DNA of 32,000 bases, taken from contig NZ_CP030918.1 in NCBI RefSeq assembly GCF_003324675.1, forward strand, positions 1,680,001-1,712,000. Reading direction: 5' to 3'. Shown in pieces: positions 21,913-29,358 of the stretch. Position numbers and translations under genes: made by a program. The DNA comes from Paracoccus suum. GTDB lineage: Bacteria > Pseudomonadota > Alphaproteobacteria > Rhodobacterales > Rhodobacteraceae. The notes under the pieces were generated by a model that was given only the letters and a program-made list of their open reading frames with translations, searched no databases and had not been told where the DNA came from. Positions within the stretch are counted from its first letter, which is position 1; each line of letters begins with the position of its first letter.

Positions 21913-23130
21913 TCAGCCGTGGCAAGCGGTAAACGCCGCAGCCATCTGGCGCAGCAGGTCAGGATAGAGCTGCGGCCCCGGCGTCAGCGTCGCGCCCAGC
22001 GGGTCAAGGACCTCGATATTGACGTCCTGGCCCTCGAATACCGTCTCGATCAGTTTCGGATCGAACTGGGGCTCGCGAAACGCGCAGGAGACATGCAGCG
22101 AGCGGGCCTTGTCCTGCACCTCTTTCAGCCGCGCCGGGCCGGGCGCCGCGCCGTCGGCCAGGCTGATCGACCCCGCAGCGTTGAGGCCGAAATGCGCCTC
22201 GAAATACTGATAGGCATCGTGAAAGACGATGAAGGGCATGCTGGCCAGCGGTGCGAGTTCGGCCTTCAATTGGCCATCGAGGGTCGCGAGCTCCGCCTTG
22301 CCGGCCGCCGCATTCGCCGCATAGGCGGCGGCGTTGTGGGGGTCCATCTCCGACAGGGTCCCGGCAATCACGTCCAGCCAGACGCGCGCATTGTCGGGGT
22401 CGAGCCAGGCATGGGGATCGCGCCCATCGTGCCCGTGGTCATGATCATGCGCGGTCTCGTCTGCATGGTCATGACCCTCGACCTCCTCTGCGTCCGCATG
22501 CGCGTTAGCGTCTGCACCGCCTGCATCGGCCGCGTGGTCGTGCAGCTCGTGGGCGTGTTCGACCGGGTCCCGCGCCCCCTCGGCCCGCGCCCCGCGGTCC
22601 TGCTCCTCGCTCGAATGCGCGGCGTGATCATGCGGCTCCTCGGCGTCGTCATGCGCTTCCTCACCATCCGCGGCGTGGTCGTGCGCTTCATCCCCGTGCT
22701 CGGCATGGCCATCTCCATGCTCATGCTTCTCGAAGCTCGCGCCCTGTCGAACTGGCAGCACTTCCGTCCCGGGGCTGTCCAGCAGCGGCACGATCCTGGC
22801 GTCGCCGGCGAGGGATGTCAGCGGCTTTTCCATCCAGGGCTCCAGCGCCGGTCCAACCCAGAACACCAGGTCCGCTCCGTCGAGGGCCTGCGCCTCGGAG
22901 GGGCGCATTGCGTGATCATGCGGCGACGCGCCGGGCGGGAGGATCAATCCCGGCTCGCCCAGTCCCTGCATCACTCGCGCCACCAGCGACTGGACCGGCG
23001 TGATATCGGCCACGACGCGCGGCACGGCCGCCGAAGCGGGCAAGGATAGCGCCCCCAGCGCGGCACCGCACAGCCAGAGGGGCGCGGCGCGGCGGGCACG
23101 TGATCTGATCGGAAACGGCTGCGGGAGCAT
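21913..23130 (-). CDS. znuA: Zinc ABC transporter periplasmic binding protein ZnuA with an expanded His/Asp/Glu-rich loop
   Basis: A signal peptide is followed by the cluster A-I SBP core: ADITPVQSLVARV, GASPHDHAMRPSEA, DPHAWLDPDNA and FVFHDAYQYFE. A loop of about 105 aa rich in His, Asp and Glu is inserted. It is divergent from zur-znuCB. Confidence 0.9.
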   Translation of the reverse strand: MLPQPFPIRSRARRAAPLWLCGAALGALSLPASAAVPRVVADITPVQSLVARVMQGLGEPGLILPPGASPHDHAMRPSEAQALDGADLVFWVGPALEPWMEKPLTSLAGDARIVPLLDSPGTEVLPVRQGASFEKHEHGDGHAEHGDEAHDHAADGEEAHDDAEEPHDHAAHSSEEQDRGARAEGARDPVEHAHELHDHAADAGGADANAHADAEEVEGHDHADETAHDHDHGHDGRDPHAWLDPDNARVWLDVIAGTLSEMDPHNAAAYAANAAAGKAELATLDGQLKAELAPLASMPFIVFHDAYQYFEAHFGLNAAGSISLADGAAPGPARLKEVQDKARSLHVSCAFREPQFDPKLIETVFEGQDVNIEVLDPLGATLTPGPQLYPDLLRQMAAAFTACHG

Positions 23131-23140
23131 CTGGCACCTG

Positions 23141-23158
23141 AGTGTTATGTTATAACGG
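23141..23158. promoter_or_regulatory. Candidate Zur box in the znuA / zur-znuCB divergent promoter region
   Basis: The sequence aGTGTTATGTTATAACgg contains the 8-bp palindrome GTTATAAC and the ATGTTATAAC core. From memory, that core characterises alphaproteobacterial Zur operators. It sits in the only markedly AT-rich patch of the window, and further TGTTAT / TGTAT / TGTCA motifs follow at 23175-23195. Confidence 0.45.
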
Positions 23159-23217
23159 TATGGACGCTCCTAACTGTTATCCTGTATCACTGTCAACAGC
23201 CCCAAAGTTGCAGACAC

Positions 23218-23781
23218 ATGTCCCGATCCAGAAACGCCGAACCCGCCCCACCGCCGCAATCGACCCTCAGGCACACGCATTCCCACCCGGAAGCCGACGC
23301 AGACAGTGTCTGCGCGAACCACAGCCCCGCTGTCGGCCTGGCCGCCGCCGAGGATTACTGTCGCGCGCGCGACCTGCGCCTGACCCCGGCCCGGCGTCGG
23401 GCGCTGGACCTGCTGCTGTCCAGCCACCGCGCGATGGGCGCCTATGAGGTGCTCGAGGGGCTTGCCGCGGACGGCCTCGGCAGCCAGCCGCCGGCGGCCT
23501 ACCGCGCGCTGGATTTCCTTACGCAGAACGGCCTCGTTCACCGGATCGAGCGGCTGAACGCCTACGTCGCCTGCCCGCATCCGCATCATGCCCACAGCCC
23601 GGCCTTCCTGATCTGCCGCAGCTGCGGCGTGGTCGAGGAGGCTGCGTCCTCGGCCGCCCGCGCCGCCCTCGCGAACGCCGCGAGCAGCGGCGGCTTTCAG
23701 ATAGAGAGCGTGGTGATCGAGGTCGTGGGCCTGTGCCCGACCTGCATCCCGACCGCCGCCAGCGAAGGCGGCCCCGCTTGA
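23218..23781 (+). CDS. zur: Zinc uptake regulator Zur (Fur family)
   Basis: Winged-helix region LRLTPARRRALDLLLSSHRAMGAYEVLEGL...YRALDFLTQNGLVHRIE. Metal-site motifs are CPHPHHAHSPAFLICRSCG and VGLCPTC. The N-terminus is His/Cys-rich, so the exact start is uncertain. Confidence 0.85.
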   Translation: MSRSRNAEPAPPPQSTLRHTHSHPEADADSVCANHSPAVGLAAAEDYCRARDLRLTPARRRALDLLLSSHRAMGAYEVLEGLAADGLGSQPPAAYRALDFLTQNGLVHRIERLNAYVACPHPHHAHSPAFLICRSCGVVEEAASSAARAALANAASSGGFQIESVVIEVVGLCPTCIPTAASEGGPA

Positions 23782-24539
23782 GCCTCATCGACGCGCGCGA
23801 TCTGACAGTGCGCCTTGGCGGCACGCTGATCCTCGACCGGGTCAGCCTGTCAGTCGAGCCGGGCGAGATCATCACCATCGTCGGCCCCAACGGCTCGGGC
23901 AAATCGACCTTGCTGCGGGCGCTGATCGGGGCCGTCCCGCTCGCCAGCGGGTCGGTGACCCGCGCCCCCGGCCTGCGCATCGGCTATGTCCCGCAGCGCC
24001 TGCATGTCGATCCCAGCCTGCCGCTGACCGTGCGGCGGTTCCTGTCCCTGCCGCGGCCAGAGGCTGATGCTGCCATCGCCGACGCCCTGTCCCGCGCGGG
24101 AGTCGAGGGACTGGCCGGGCGCCAGGTCGGCGCGCTGTCGGGCGGCCAGTTGCAGCGCGTCCTGCTGGCACGCGCCCTGCTGGGCCGCCCGCAACTGCTG
24201 ATGCTGGACGAGCCGACGCAGGGCCTCGACCAACCCGCCTCGGCCGCGTTTTACCGCGCGATCGAGGCGGCCCGGGCCGATCTCGGCTGCGCGGTCGTCA
24301 TGGTCAGCCACGACCTGCATGTCGTGATGAGCGCGTCGGACCGCGTCATATGCCTCAACACCCATATTTGCTGCGAGGGCCACCCAGAGGTTGTCGCCAG
24401 CGCGCCCGCCTATCGCGCCCTCTTTGGCGACGGCACGATGGGCACGCTGGCGCTTTATCGGCACCACCATCACGGCCACAGCCACGATGACGACGGCGGC
24501 CCTGTTCCGGCGCAGGGATGCGATCATGACCATTCTTGA
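23778..24539 (+). CDS. znuC: Zinc ABC transporter ATP-binding protein ZnuC with a His-rich C-terminal tail
   Basis: Walker A GPNGSGKSTLLRALIG, signature LSGGQLQRVLLARA, Walker B LLMLDEPTQGLD and H-loop VMVSHDL. I place the start at TTG 23778, which overlaps the zur stop (TTGA). The track ORF starts in frame at 23733 but would overlap zur by 49 nt. Confidence 0.85.
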   Translation: MSLIDARDLTVRLGGTLILDRVSLSVEPGEIITIVGPNGSGKSTLLRALIGAVPLASGSVTRAPGLRIGYVPQRLHVDPSLPLTVRRFLSLPRPEADAAIADALSRAGVEGLAGRQVGALSGGQLQRVLLARALLGRPQLLMLDEPTQGLDQPASAAFYRAIEAARADLGCAVVMVSHDLHVVMSASDRVICLNTHICCEGHPEVVASAPAYRALFGDGTMGTLALYRHHHHGHSHDDDGGPVPAQGCDHDHS

Positions 24540-25317
24540 CAGCTTCATGCTGCGCGCGCTGCTGGCCGGACTGGGCGTGGCGCTGGCTGCGGCACCGCTG
24601 GGCTGCTTTGTCGTCTGGCGGCGCATGGCCTATTTCGGAGATGCCACCGGCCATGCCGCGATCCTGGGGGTAGCGCTGGCGCTGGCGACCAGCCTGCCGA
24701 TCACCGCGGGTGTGCTGATCGCCGCCGTCGCGATGGCCCTGACCATCAGCCAGTTGTCGGGCCGCGGCCATGCAGTCGACACGCTGCTGGGGGTGCTGTC
24801 GCACGGCGCGCTGGCTGCCGGATTGGTTGCGGTCGCGCTGCTCGGGGTGCGGATCGACGTGCAGGCGCTGCTGTTTGGCGACATCCTGGCGGTCACGCGC
24901 GGCGATCTGGTCACCATCTGGACCGGCGCCGCCATTGTTGCGCTGCTGATCGGCTGGCGCTGGTCTGCGTTGCTGACCGTGACGCTGAACGAGGATCTCG
25001 CCCGCGCGACCGGCATCGACCCAAGGCGCGAGCAACTGATCCTGACCCTCGCCCTCGCCGTCACCGTGGCGGTCGCGATCAAGGTCGTCGGCGCGCTGTT
25101 GATCACGGCCATGCTGATCATCCCGGCCGCCGCCGCCCGCGGCCTCAGCCGCACGCCCGAACGGATGGCGATAGGCGCGCTGCTGGTTGGCGGGCTGGCG
25201 GTCGCCGGCGGCCTGCAGGGCGCGCTGCGCTTTGACACGCCCGCCGGGCCCAGCATCGTCGTCGCGGCGGCCCTGTTGTTCGCGCTGAGCGCGGTGCTCG
25301 CGGGCCGCCGACGATAA
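24526..25317 (+). CDS. znuB: Zinc ABC transporter permease ZnuB
   Basis: MTILDSFMLRALLAGLGVALAAAPLGCFVVWRRMAYFGDATGHAAILGVALA is the typical ZnuB N-terminus, followed by 8-9 TM segments. ATG 24526 overlaps the last 14 nt of znuC. Confidence 0.9.
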   Translation: MTILDSFMLRALLAGLGVALAAAPLGCFVVWRRMAYFGDATGHAAILGVALALATSLPITAGVLIAAVAMALTISQLSGRGHAVDTLLGVLSHGALAAGLVAVALLGVRIDVQALLFGDILAVTRGDLVTIWTGAAIVALLIGWRWSALLTVTLNEDLARATGIDPRREQLILTLALAVTVAVAIKVVGALLITAMLIIPAAAARGLSRTPERMAIGALLVGGLAVAGGLQGALRFDTPAGPSIVVAAALLFALSAVLAGRRR

Positions 25318-25385
25318 GCGCGCCCTTCCATGCCCCTTGTGCCCGCGCTATCCCGGCGCAGGCTCAGATACGGGGTAGGGCGAGG

Positions 25386-26747
25386 ATGCTGGACGATCTG
25401 CGGGCGCTGCCCGGCTTTACCGACGATCCGGCCACCCGCGCCGCCGCCCGCACCGACTGGAGCGGCATGGGCCGCGCAGAGCCTCTAGCCGTCCTGCGCC
25501 CGCGCACCCCCGAAGAGGTCGCCCGGGCCATGGCCGGGCTGAACCGCCTGTCGCAGACGGTCGTGCCGCAAGGCGGGCTGACCGGCCTTGCCGGCGGCGC
25601 CAACCCACGCCCGCAGGATGTCGCCCTGTCGCTTGCCGGACTTTCGGGCGTGATCGACATCGATCGCGATGCGCGCAGCATGACCTGTCTTGCTGGAACG
25701 CCGCTGGCAGAGGCGCAGGCCGCCGCCGCGGCCGAGGGGCTGATGCTGCCCATCGACCTTGGCGCGAGGGACAGTTGCCTGATCGGCGGCAATATCGCGA
25801 CCAACGCCGGCGGCCTGCGCGTGATCCGTTATGGCACCACGCGTGCGAACGTGCTGGGGCTCGAGGCGGTGCTGGCCGATGGCAGCACCATCGGCGCGCT
25901 GCGCAAGATGATAAAAATTTCGCTGGGGCCGGACCTGTCGGCGCTGATGATCGGCAGCGAAGGCACGATTGGCACCATCACGCGCGCCGTCCTGCGCCTC
26001 GTGCCGCAGCCAGCGGGCCGGCTGACCGCACTTTGCGCGCTGTCCGATTTTCCAGCAGTTCTGCGCCTGCTGACACGCGCGCGCGACACCTTGCCCGGCC
26101 TTTCGGCCTTCGAGGCGATGTGGGCCAGCTTCTTCAGGCTGATGAGCGAGATGCGCGGCAGCACGCTCTTTGCCGACGCCCCGCCGCTCGCCGTCATCAT
26201 CGAAGCCGAGACCGACGGCTCGGACGCCGAGCGCCTGCGGTTCGAGGCGCTGCTCGAGGCCGCGATCGAGGCGGGCGAGATCACCGACGCGATCCTGCCA
26301 CAGTCGCTGCGCGAGTTGTCCGCGATGTGGTCGGTGCGCGAGACGGCGGGAATGGAGCAGGCGATGCCCGGCCTCGTGAACCTCGACATCAGCCTTCCGA
26401 GCACCGATCTGGGCCGCTTTGACGAGGCCGCGGCCGACGCGCTGCGCAGCGCGCTGCCGGGGGCGGCGACGTTCAGCTTTGGCCATGTCGGTGACGGCAA
26501 CCTGCACCTGTGCGTGCATCTGCCCGGCACCGACCCCGAGGCCGCGATCCACGAGGTTGACGACGTGATCTATCCGCTGGTCGGACGCATGGGCGGCGCG
26601 ATCTCGGCCGAGCATGGCATTGGCACGTTGAAACGCGACTACCTTGGCCAGTCGCGCACCGCGGCTGACCTTGCGGCGCTGCGCCGGGTCAAGGCGGCGC
26701 TGGACCCGAACGGCATCCTGAACCCTGGGAAAGTGTTGCCGCTGTAG
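25386..26747 (+). CDS. FAD-linked oxidase (GlcD / D-lactate or D-2-hydroxyacid dehydrogenase-like)
   Basis: The PCMH-type FAD-binding domain has VVPQGGLTGLAGGA and IGGNIATNAGGLRVIRYGTTR...LGLEAVLADGS. The C-terminal FAD-oxidase domain ends in SAEHGIGTLKRDYL...LDPNGILNPGKVLPL. Confidence 0.85.
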   Translation: MLDDLRALPGFTDDPATRAAARTDWSGMGRAEPLAVLRPRTPEEVARAMAGLNRLSQTVVPQGGLTGLAGGANPRPQDVALSLAGLSGVIDIDRDARSMTCLAGTPLAEAQAAAAAEGLMLPIDLGARDSCLIGGNIATNAGGLRVIRYGTTRANVLGLEAVLADGSTIGALRKMIKISLGPDLSALMIGSEGTIGTITRAVLRLVPQPAGRLTALCALSDFPAVLRLLTRARDTLPGLSAFEAMWASFFRLMSEMRGSTLFADAPPLAVIIEAETDGSDAERLRFEALLEAAIEAGEITDAILPQSLRELSAMWSVRETAGMEQAMPGLVNLDISLPSTDLGRFDEAAADALRSALPGAATFSFGHVGDGNLHLCVHLPGTDPEAAIHEVDDVIYPLVGRMGGAISAEHGIGTLKRDYLGQSRTAADLAALRRVKAALDPNGILNPGKVLPL

Positions 26748-26772
26748 GCGATGCGGCCGCGCAGTGCGCCTG

Positions 26773-26808
26773 AACGACATCCTGAACCCCGACAAGATTT
26801 TGCCGCCG
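26773..26808 (+). pseudogene. Short degenerate copy of the FAD-oxidase 3' coding end (relic fragment)
   Basis: The 36 nt at 26773-26808 match 26709-26744 at 28 of 36 positions without gaps. They encode NDILNPDKILPP against NGILNPGKVLPL. The copy is offset by 64 nt and is out of frame with the intact gene. Confidence 0.4.
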
Positions 26809-26880
26809 GGAAAGGACGCCGGTCCGCTGGCAGATCGGGCTTCATTCAAACGGGCGCGCAAGTAGTGTGGAGGCCCTGCA

Positions 26881-27459
26881 TTACGCCTGAGGATCGCGAA
26901 AAGCGGCGGCAAAGGGCTCGGGAATGGCAAAGGTTGTCAGAGCCTGTGCCCGCGCCTCCGAGGACATCTTGCGTGCGGTGCAGGTGACAATCCGTAGCAG
27001 GTCGTCAGCCTCCTGCGTCGCCCCAAAATCGCCGAGGTAGTGGCGGATGAAGGTAAAGCAGGCCACATCCTCCAGCGCCTGGACGTCGGGGTCGCGCTTG
27101 ATCCCCTCCTTGCGCAGCATCCGGCCCGCGGCCTCGGCCTGAACCTCGGGGTAGCCGGCCTCGCGCATCAGGCCCATGACGCGGGTCGCGTGACGGCGGC
27201 CTTGCTCGGTCCGCCAGGCAAGGTAGCCGGTGCGGCCGTCGGGGAAATCGCTGCGCGGCAGCAGCCAGCGTTCGATGTGCTGGCCGCGGCAGGCGATGCG
27301 CAGCGGATCGCCTGCGCCCGGGTAGAGGCCGGCCAATTCCTCGCTCATGCGGCGGCCGTACAGCCACTCGGCGGGCTGGCCATCCTCGGACCTGGGGTCA
27401 GCGGCGTTGGCGGCGTCGATCGCCGACAGGACGGTTTGCAGGCGGTCCGTGTCATTCAT
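26881..27459 (-). CDS. DUF4202-like protein of unknown function
   Basis: This 192-aa soluble protein carries RIACRGQHIERWLLPRSDFPDGRTGYLAWR...RDPDVQALEDVACFTFIRHYL, which matches my recollection of the DUF4202 family. It has coding-like codon usage and a clean ATG at 27459. Confidence 0.65.
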   Translation of the reverse strand: MNDTDRLQTVLSAIDAANAADPRSEDGQPAEWLYGRRMSEELAGLYPGAGDPLRIACRGQHIERWLLPRSDFPDGRTGYLAWRTEQGRRHATRVMGLMREAGYPEVQAEAAGRMLRKEGIKRDPDVQALEDVACFTFIRHYLGDFGATQEADDLLRIVTCTARKMSSEARAQALTTFAIPEPFAAAFRDPQA

Positions 27460-27677
27460 GCGCGGTCCCCTTCGACAGGACGAGGCGGGTCAGGGTGCCG
27501 CGCTGCCGCCGCCCCGCGCAAGATTGCCGCTACCTCATGCCGGCCGAAACCCCGACGACAGCGTTTCGGGAATCGGCCCTCGCGCGGAAGGGATGCCGGC
27601 ATTCCCGCGTGCGATGCGAACCGTTTTCCGCCCGCCCGGCACACCCCGCGCAGGCGTCCCTGATTGCCGGGGCGGCG

Positions 27678-27706
27678 TTGGCTTCAGCCGCGAAAGCGTC
27701 ATATTT
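27678..27706 (+). promoter_or_regulatory. Candidate sigma-70-type promoter for cobA-cbiX
   Basis: TTGGCT (27678-27683), a 16-nt spacer, then CATATT (27700-27705). It lies about 45 nt upstream of the cobA GTG, and GAGGAG at 27737-27742 serves as the RBS. This is a pattern match only. Confidence 0.3.
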
Positions 27707-27750
27707 TCAGGGCATCGCACCCCGCATCCGCCCCTTGAGGAGCTATCCAC

Positions 27751-28545
27751 GTGACGCCAGGCACAGTCTATCTCGTGGGTGCCGGTCCGGGCGATCCGGA
27801 CCTTCTGACGGTGCGCGCCCTGCGCCTGATCGGCGGCGCCGATGTCGTGGTCCACGACCGCCTCGTCAGCCCCGAGATCATGGCCCTGATCCCGCCCGGA
27901 ACGCGCCGCATCTCGGTTGGCAAGGCCGCGGGCGCGCATTCCGTCCCGCAGGACCAGATCAACGCCTTGCTGGTGCGGCTCGCGCGTGACGGCCTGACCG
28001 TGGTGCGCCTGAAGGGCGGCGATCCCCTCATCTTTGGCCGCGGCAGCGAGGAGGCCGCGCAGCTTGAGGCTGCCGGTGTCCCCTACAGCTATGTCCCCGG
28101 CATCACCGCCGCCCAAGGCGCCGCCGCCGCGACCGGGGTGCCGCTGACCCATCGTGGCCTTGCCACCGGGGTGCGCTATGTCACCGGCCACCGGGCCGAA
28201 GGCCAGCCGCTGGCGCTGGACTGGGCCGCGCTCGCCGACCCCGAAACCACGCTGGTGGTCTATATGGGCGCGGGTGCGATCCCGGAAATCGCCGCGCAAC
28301 TCATGTCGGCCGGCATGCCCGTCGATTTGCCCGTGCTCGCGGTCGCCCATGCCACGACCCCGCGCCAGGCGAGCCGCCGTTCGACCTTGGCACGGATCGG
28401 CGCGGACATGGCCGCAAACCCGCTCGAGGCGCCGGTGCTGTTCATCATCGGCCATGTGGCCGCGCTGGCCGATGCCATCACGCACCTGACGCCCGAAATC
28501 ATGCGCCCGCCTGTCCCGCAGTTCCGGCTGGTCGCCTCCGTCTGA
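27751..28545 (+). CDS. cobA: Uroporphyrinogen-III C-methyltransferase (SUMT)
   Basis: VYLVGAGPGDPDLLTVRALRLIGGADVVVHDRLV, VVRLKGGDPLIFGRGSEE and VPGITAAQGAAAATGVPLTHRG are the canonical SUMT motifs. GTG start with a good RBS. Confidence 0.9.
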   Translation: MTPGTVYLVGAGPGDPDLLTVRALRLIGGADVVVHDRLVSPEIMALIPPGTRRISVGKAAGAHSVPQDQINALLVRLARDGLTVVRLKGGDPLIFGRGSEEAAQLEAAGVPYSYVPGITAAQGAAAATGVPLTHRGLATGVRYVTGHRAEGQPLALDWAALADPETTLVVYMGAGAIPEIAAQLMSAGMPVDLPVLAVAHATTPRQASRRSTLARIGADMAANPLEAPVLFIIGHVAALADAITHLTPEIMRPPVPQFRLVASV

Positions 28546-28556
28546 CGTCGCCGGGC

Positions 28557-29231
28557 ATGGACGTCGCGATCATTGCCCACGGCCAGCCGGGCGAGCCCGC
28601 CCCACTACAGGCGGCGGTCGAAGCGCTTGCAACCAAAGTCGCCAAATTGCTTCCCGGCTGGCGCATCCGCGGCGCAACGCTGGCCGATGCCGCGAGCATG
28701 GCTGCGCTTGGCCGTGTCCAATTGGTCTATCCGCTTTTCATGTCCGAGGGCTGGTTCACCCGAACCGAACTGCCGCGCCGTTTGCGGGCCGTGGGCGCCG
28801 AAAAGGCGAGGGTCCTGCGGCCGCTCGGCCTTGATCCCGCCTTGCCAGCCATTGGCGCGCAGCTTGCGCGCGCCGCGGCAACGGGATTGGACCCGCCGCA
28901 CACGCGGCTGGTGGTGGTCGGCCATGGCTCGGGCGGGCCGTCCCGCGCCTCGGCCGAGGCGACCCGCGCCTTTGCCGATGCAGTTGCGCCGCTGGCCGGT
29001 TTTGCCAGCACCCGGATCGCCCTGATCGAGGAGGCGCCGTTGCTGACCGAACTGTACCCCGTCGCGCCATCCGTATGCCTGCCGTTTTTTGCCACCGCCG
29101 CGGGCCATGTCACGCAAGACATACCGGCAGCTTGGGTCGATGCCGGACCCATCGCGCCCGCGGTCGGCACCGCGCCGCAGGTGCCCGCTCTGATCGCCGC
29201 GGCGCTGGTCGAGGCGCGGGGCGCTGATTAG
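28557..29231 (+). CDS. CbiX/SirB-like two-domain chelatase (probable sirohydrochlorin ferro- or cobalto-chelatase)
   Basis: There are two class II chelatase-like halves, VAIIAHGQPGEP... and LVVVGHGSGGPSRAS..., and a C-terminal FFATAAGHVTQDIP. It starts 12 nt downstream of cobA. The metal specificity cannot be read from the sequence. Confidence 0.65.
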   Translation: MDVAIIAHGQPGEPAPLQAAVEALATKVAKLLPGWRIRGATLADAASMAALGRVQLVYPLFMSEGWFTRTELPRRLRAVGAEKARVLRPLGLDPALPAIGAQLARAAATGLDPPHTRLVVVGHGSGGPSRASAEATRAFADAVAPLAGFASTRIALIEEAPLLTELYPVAPSVCLPFFATAAGHVTQDIPAAWVDAGPIAPAVGTAPQVPALIAAALVEARGAD

Positions 29232-29358
29232 GCCCAGCCTAACCCCTCCGCCGGAAGTGACTCATTTCGCCCAACGGCGCCACGCCCCATGTTAGGCTAT
29301 CACGACGATGCCGCGCCGGGCGCCTTGCGCACCGCCGCGGAACCAGGGAGGCCGCGCC

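Noticed and set aside
22368-22724. Repetitive DNA in the znuA region, considered as a possible tandem repeat or CRISPR-like array.
   Set aside because: The repeats are degenerate, in frame and encode the His/Asp/Glu loop of ZnuA. There is no repeat-spacer periodicity and there are no cas genes. It is treated as coding-sequence expansion.
27460-27750. A cobalamin riboswitch upstream of cobA.
   Set aside because: A tetrapyrrole gene with a long upstream region suggested it. However, I found no B12 box (GCCACTG-like core) or the characteristic GGTGCC...GGGAA...GCCACTG arrangement on either strand. cobA paired with a CbiX-like chelatase is also more consistent with sirohaem synthesis than with B12-regulated cobalamin synthesis.
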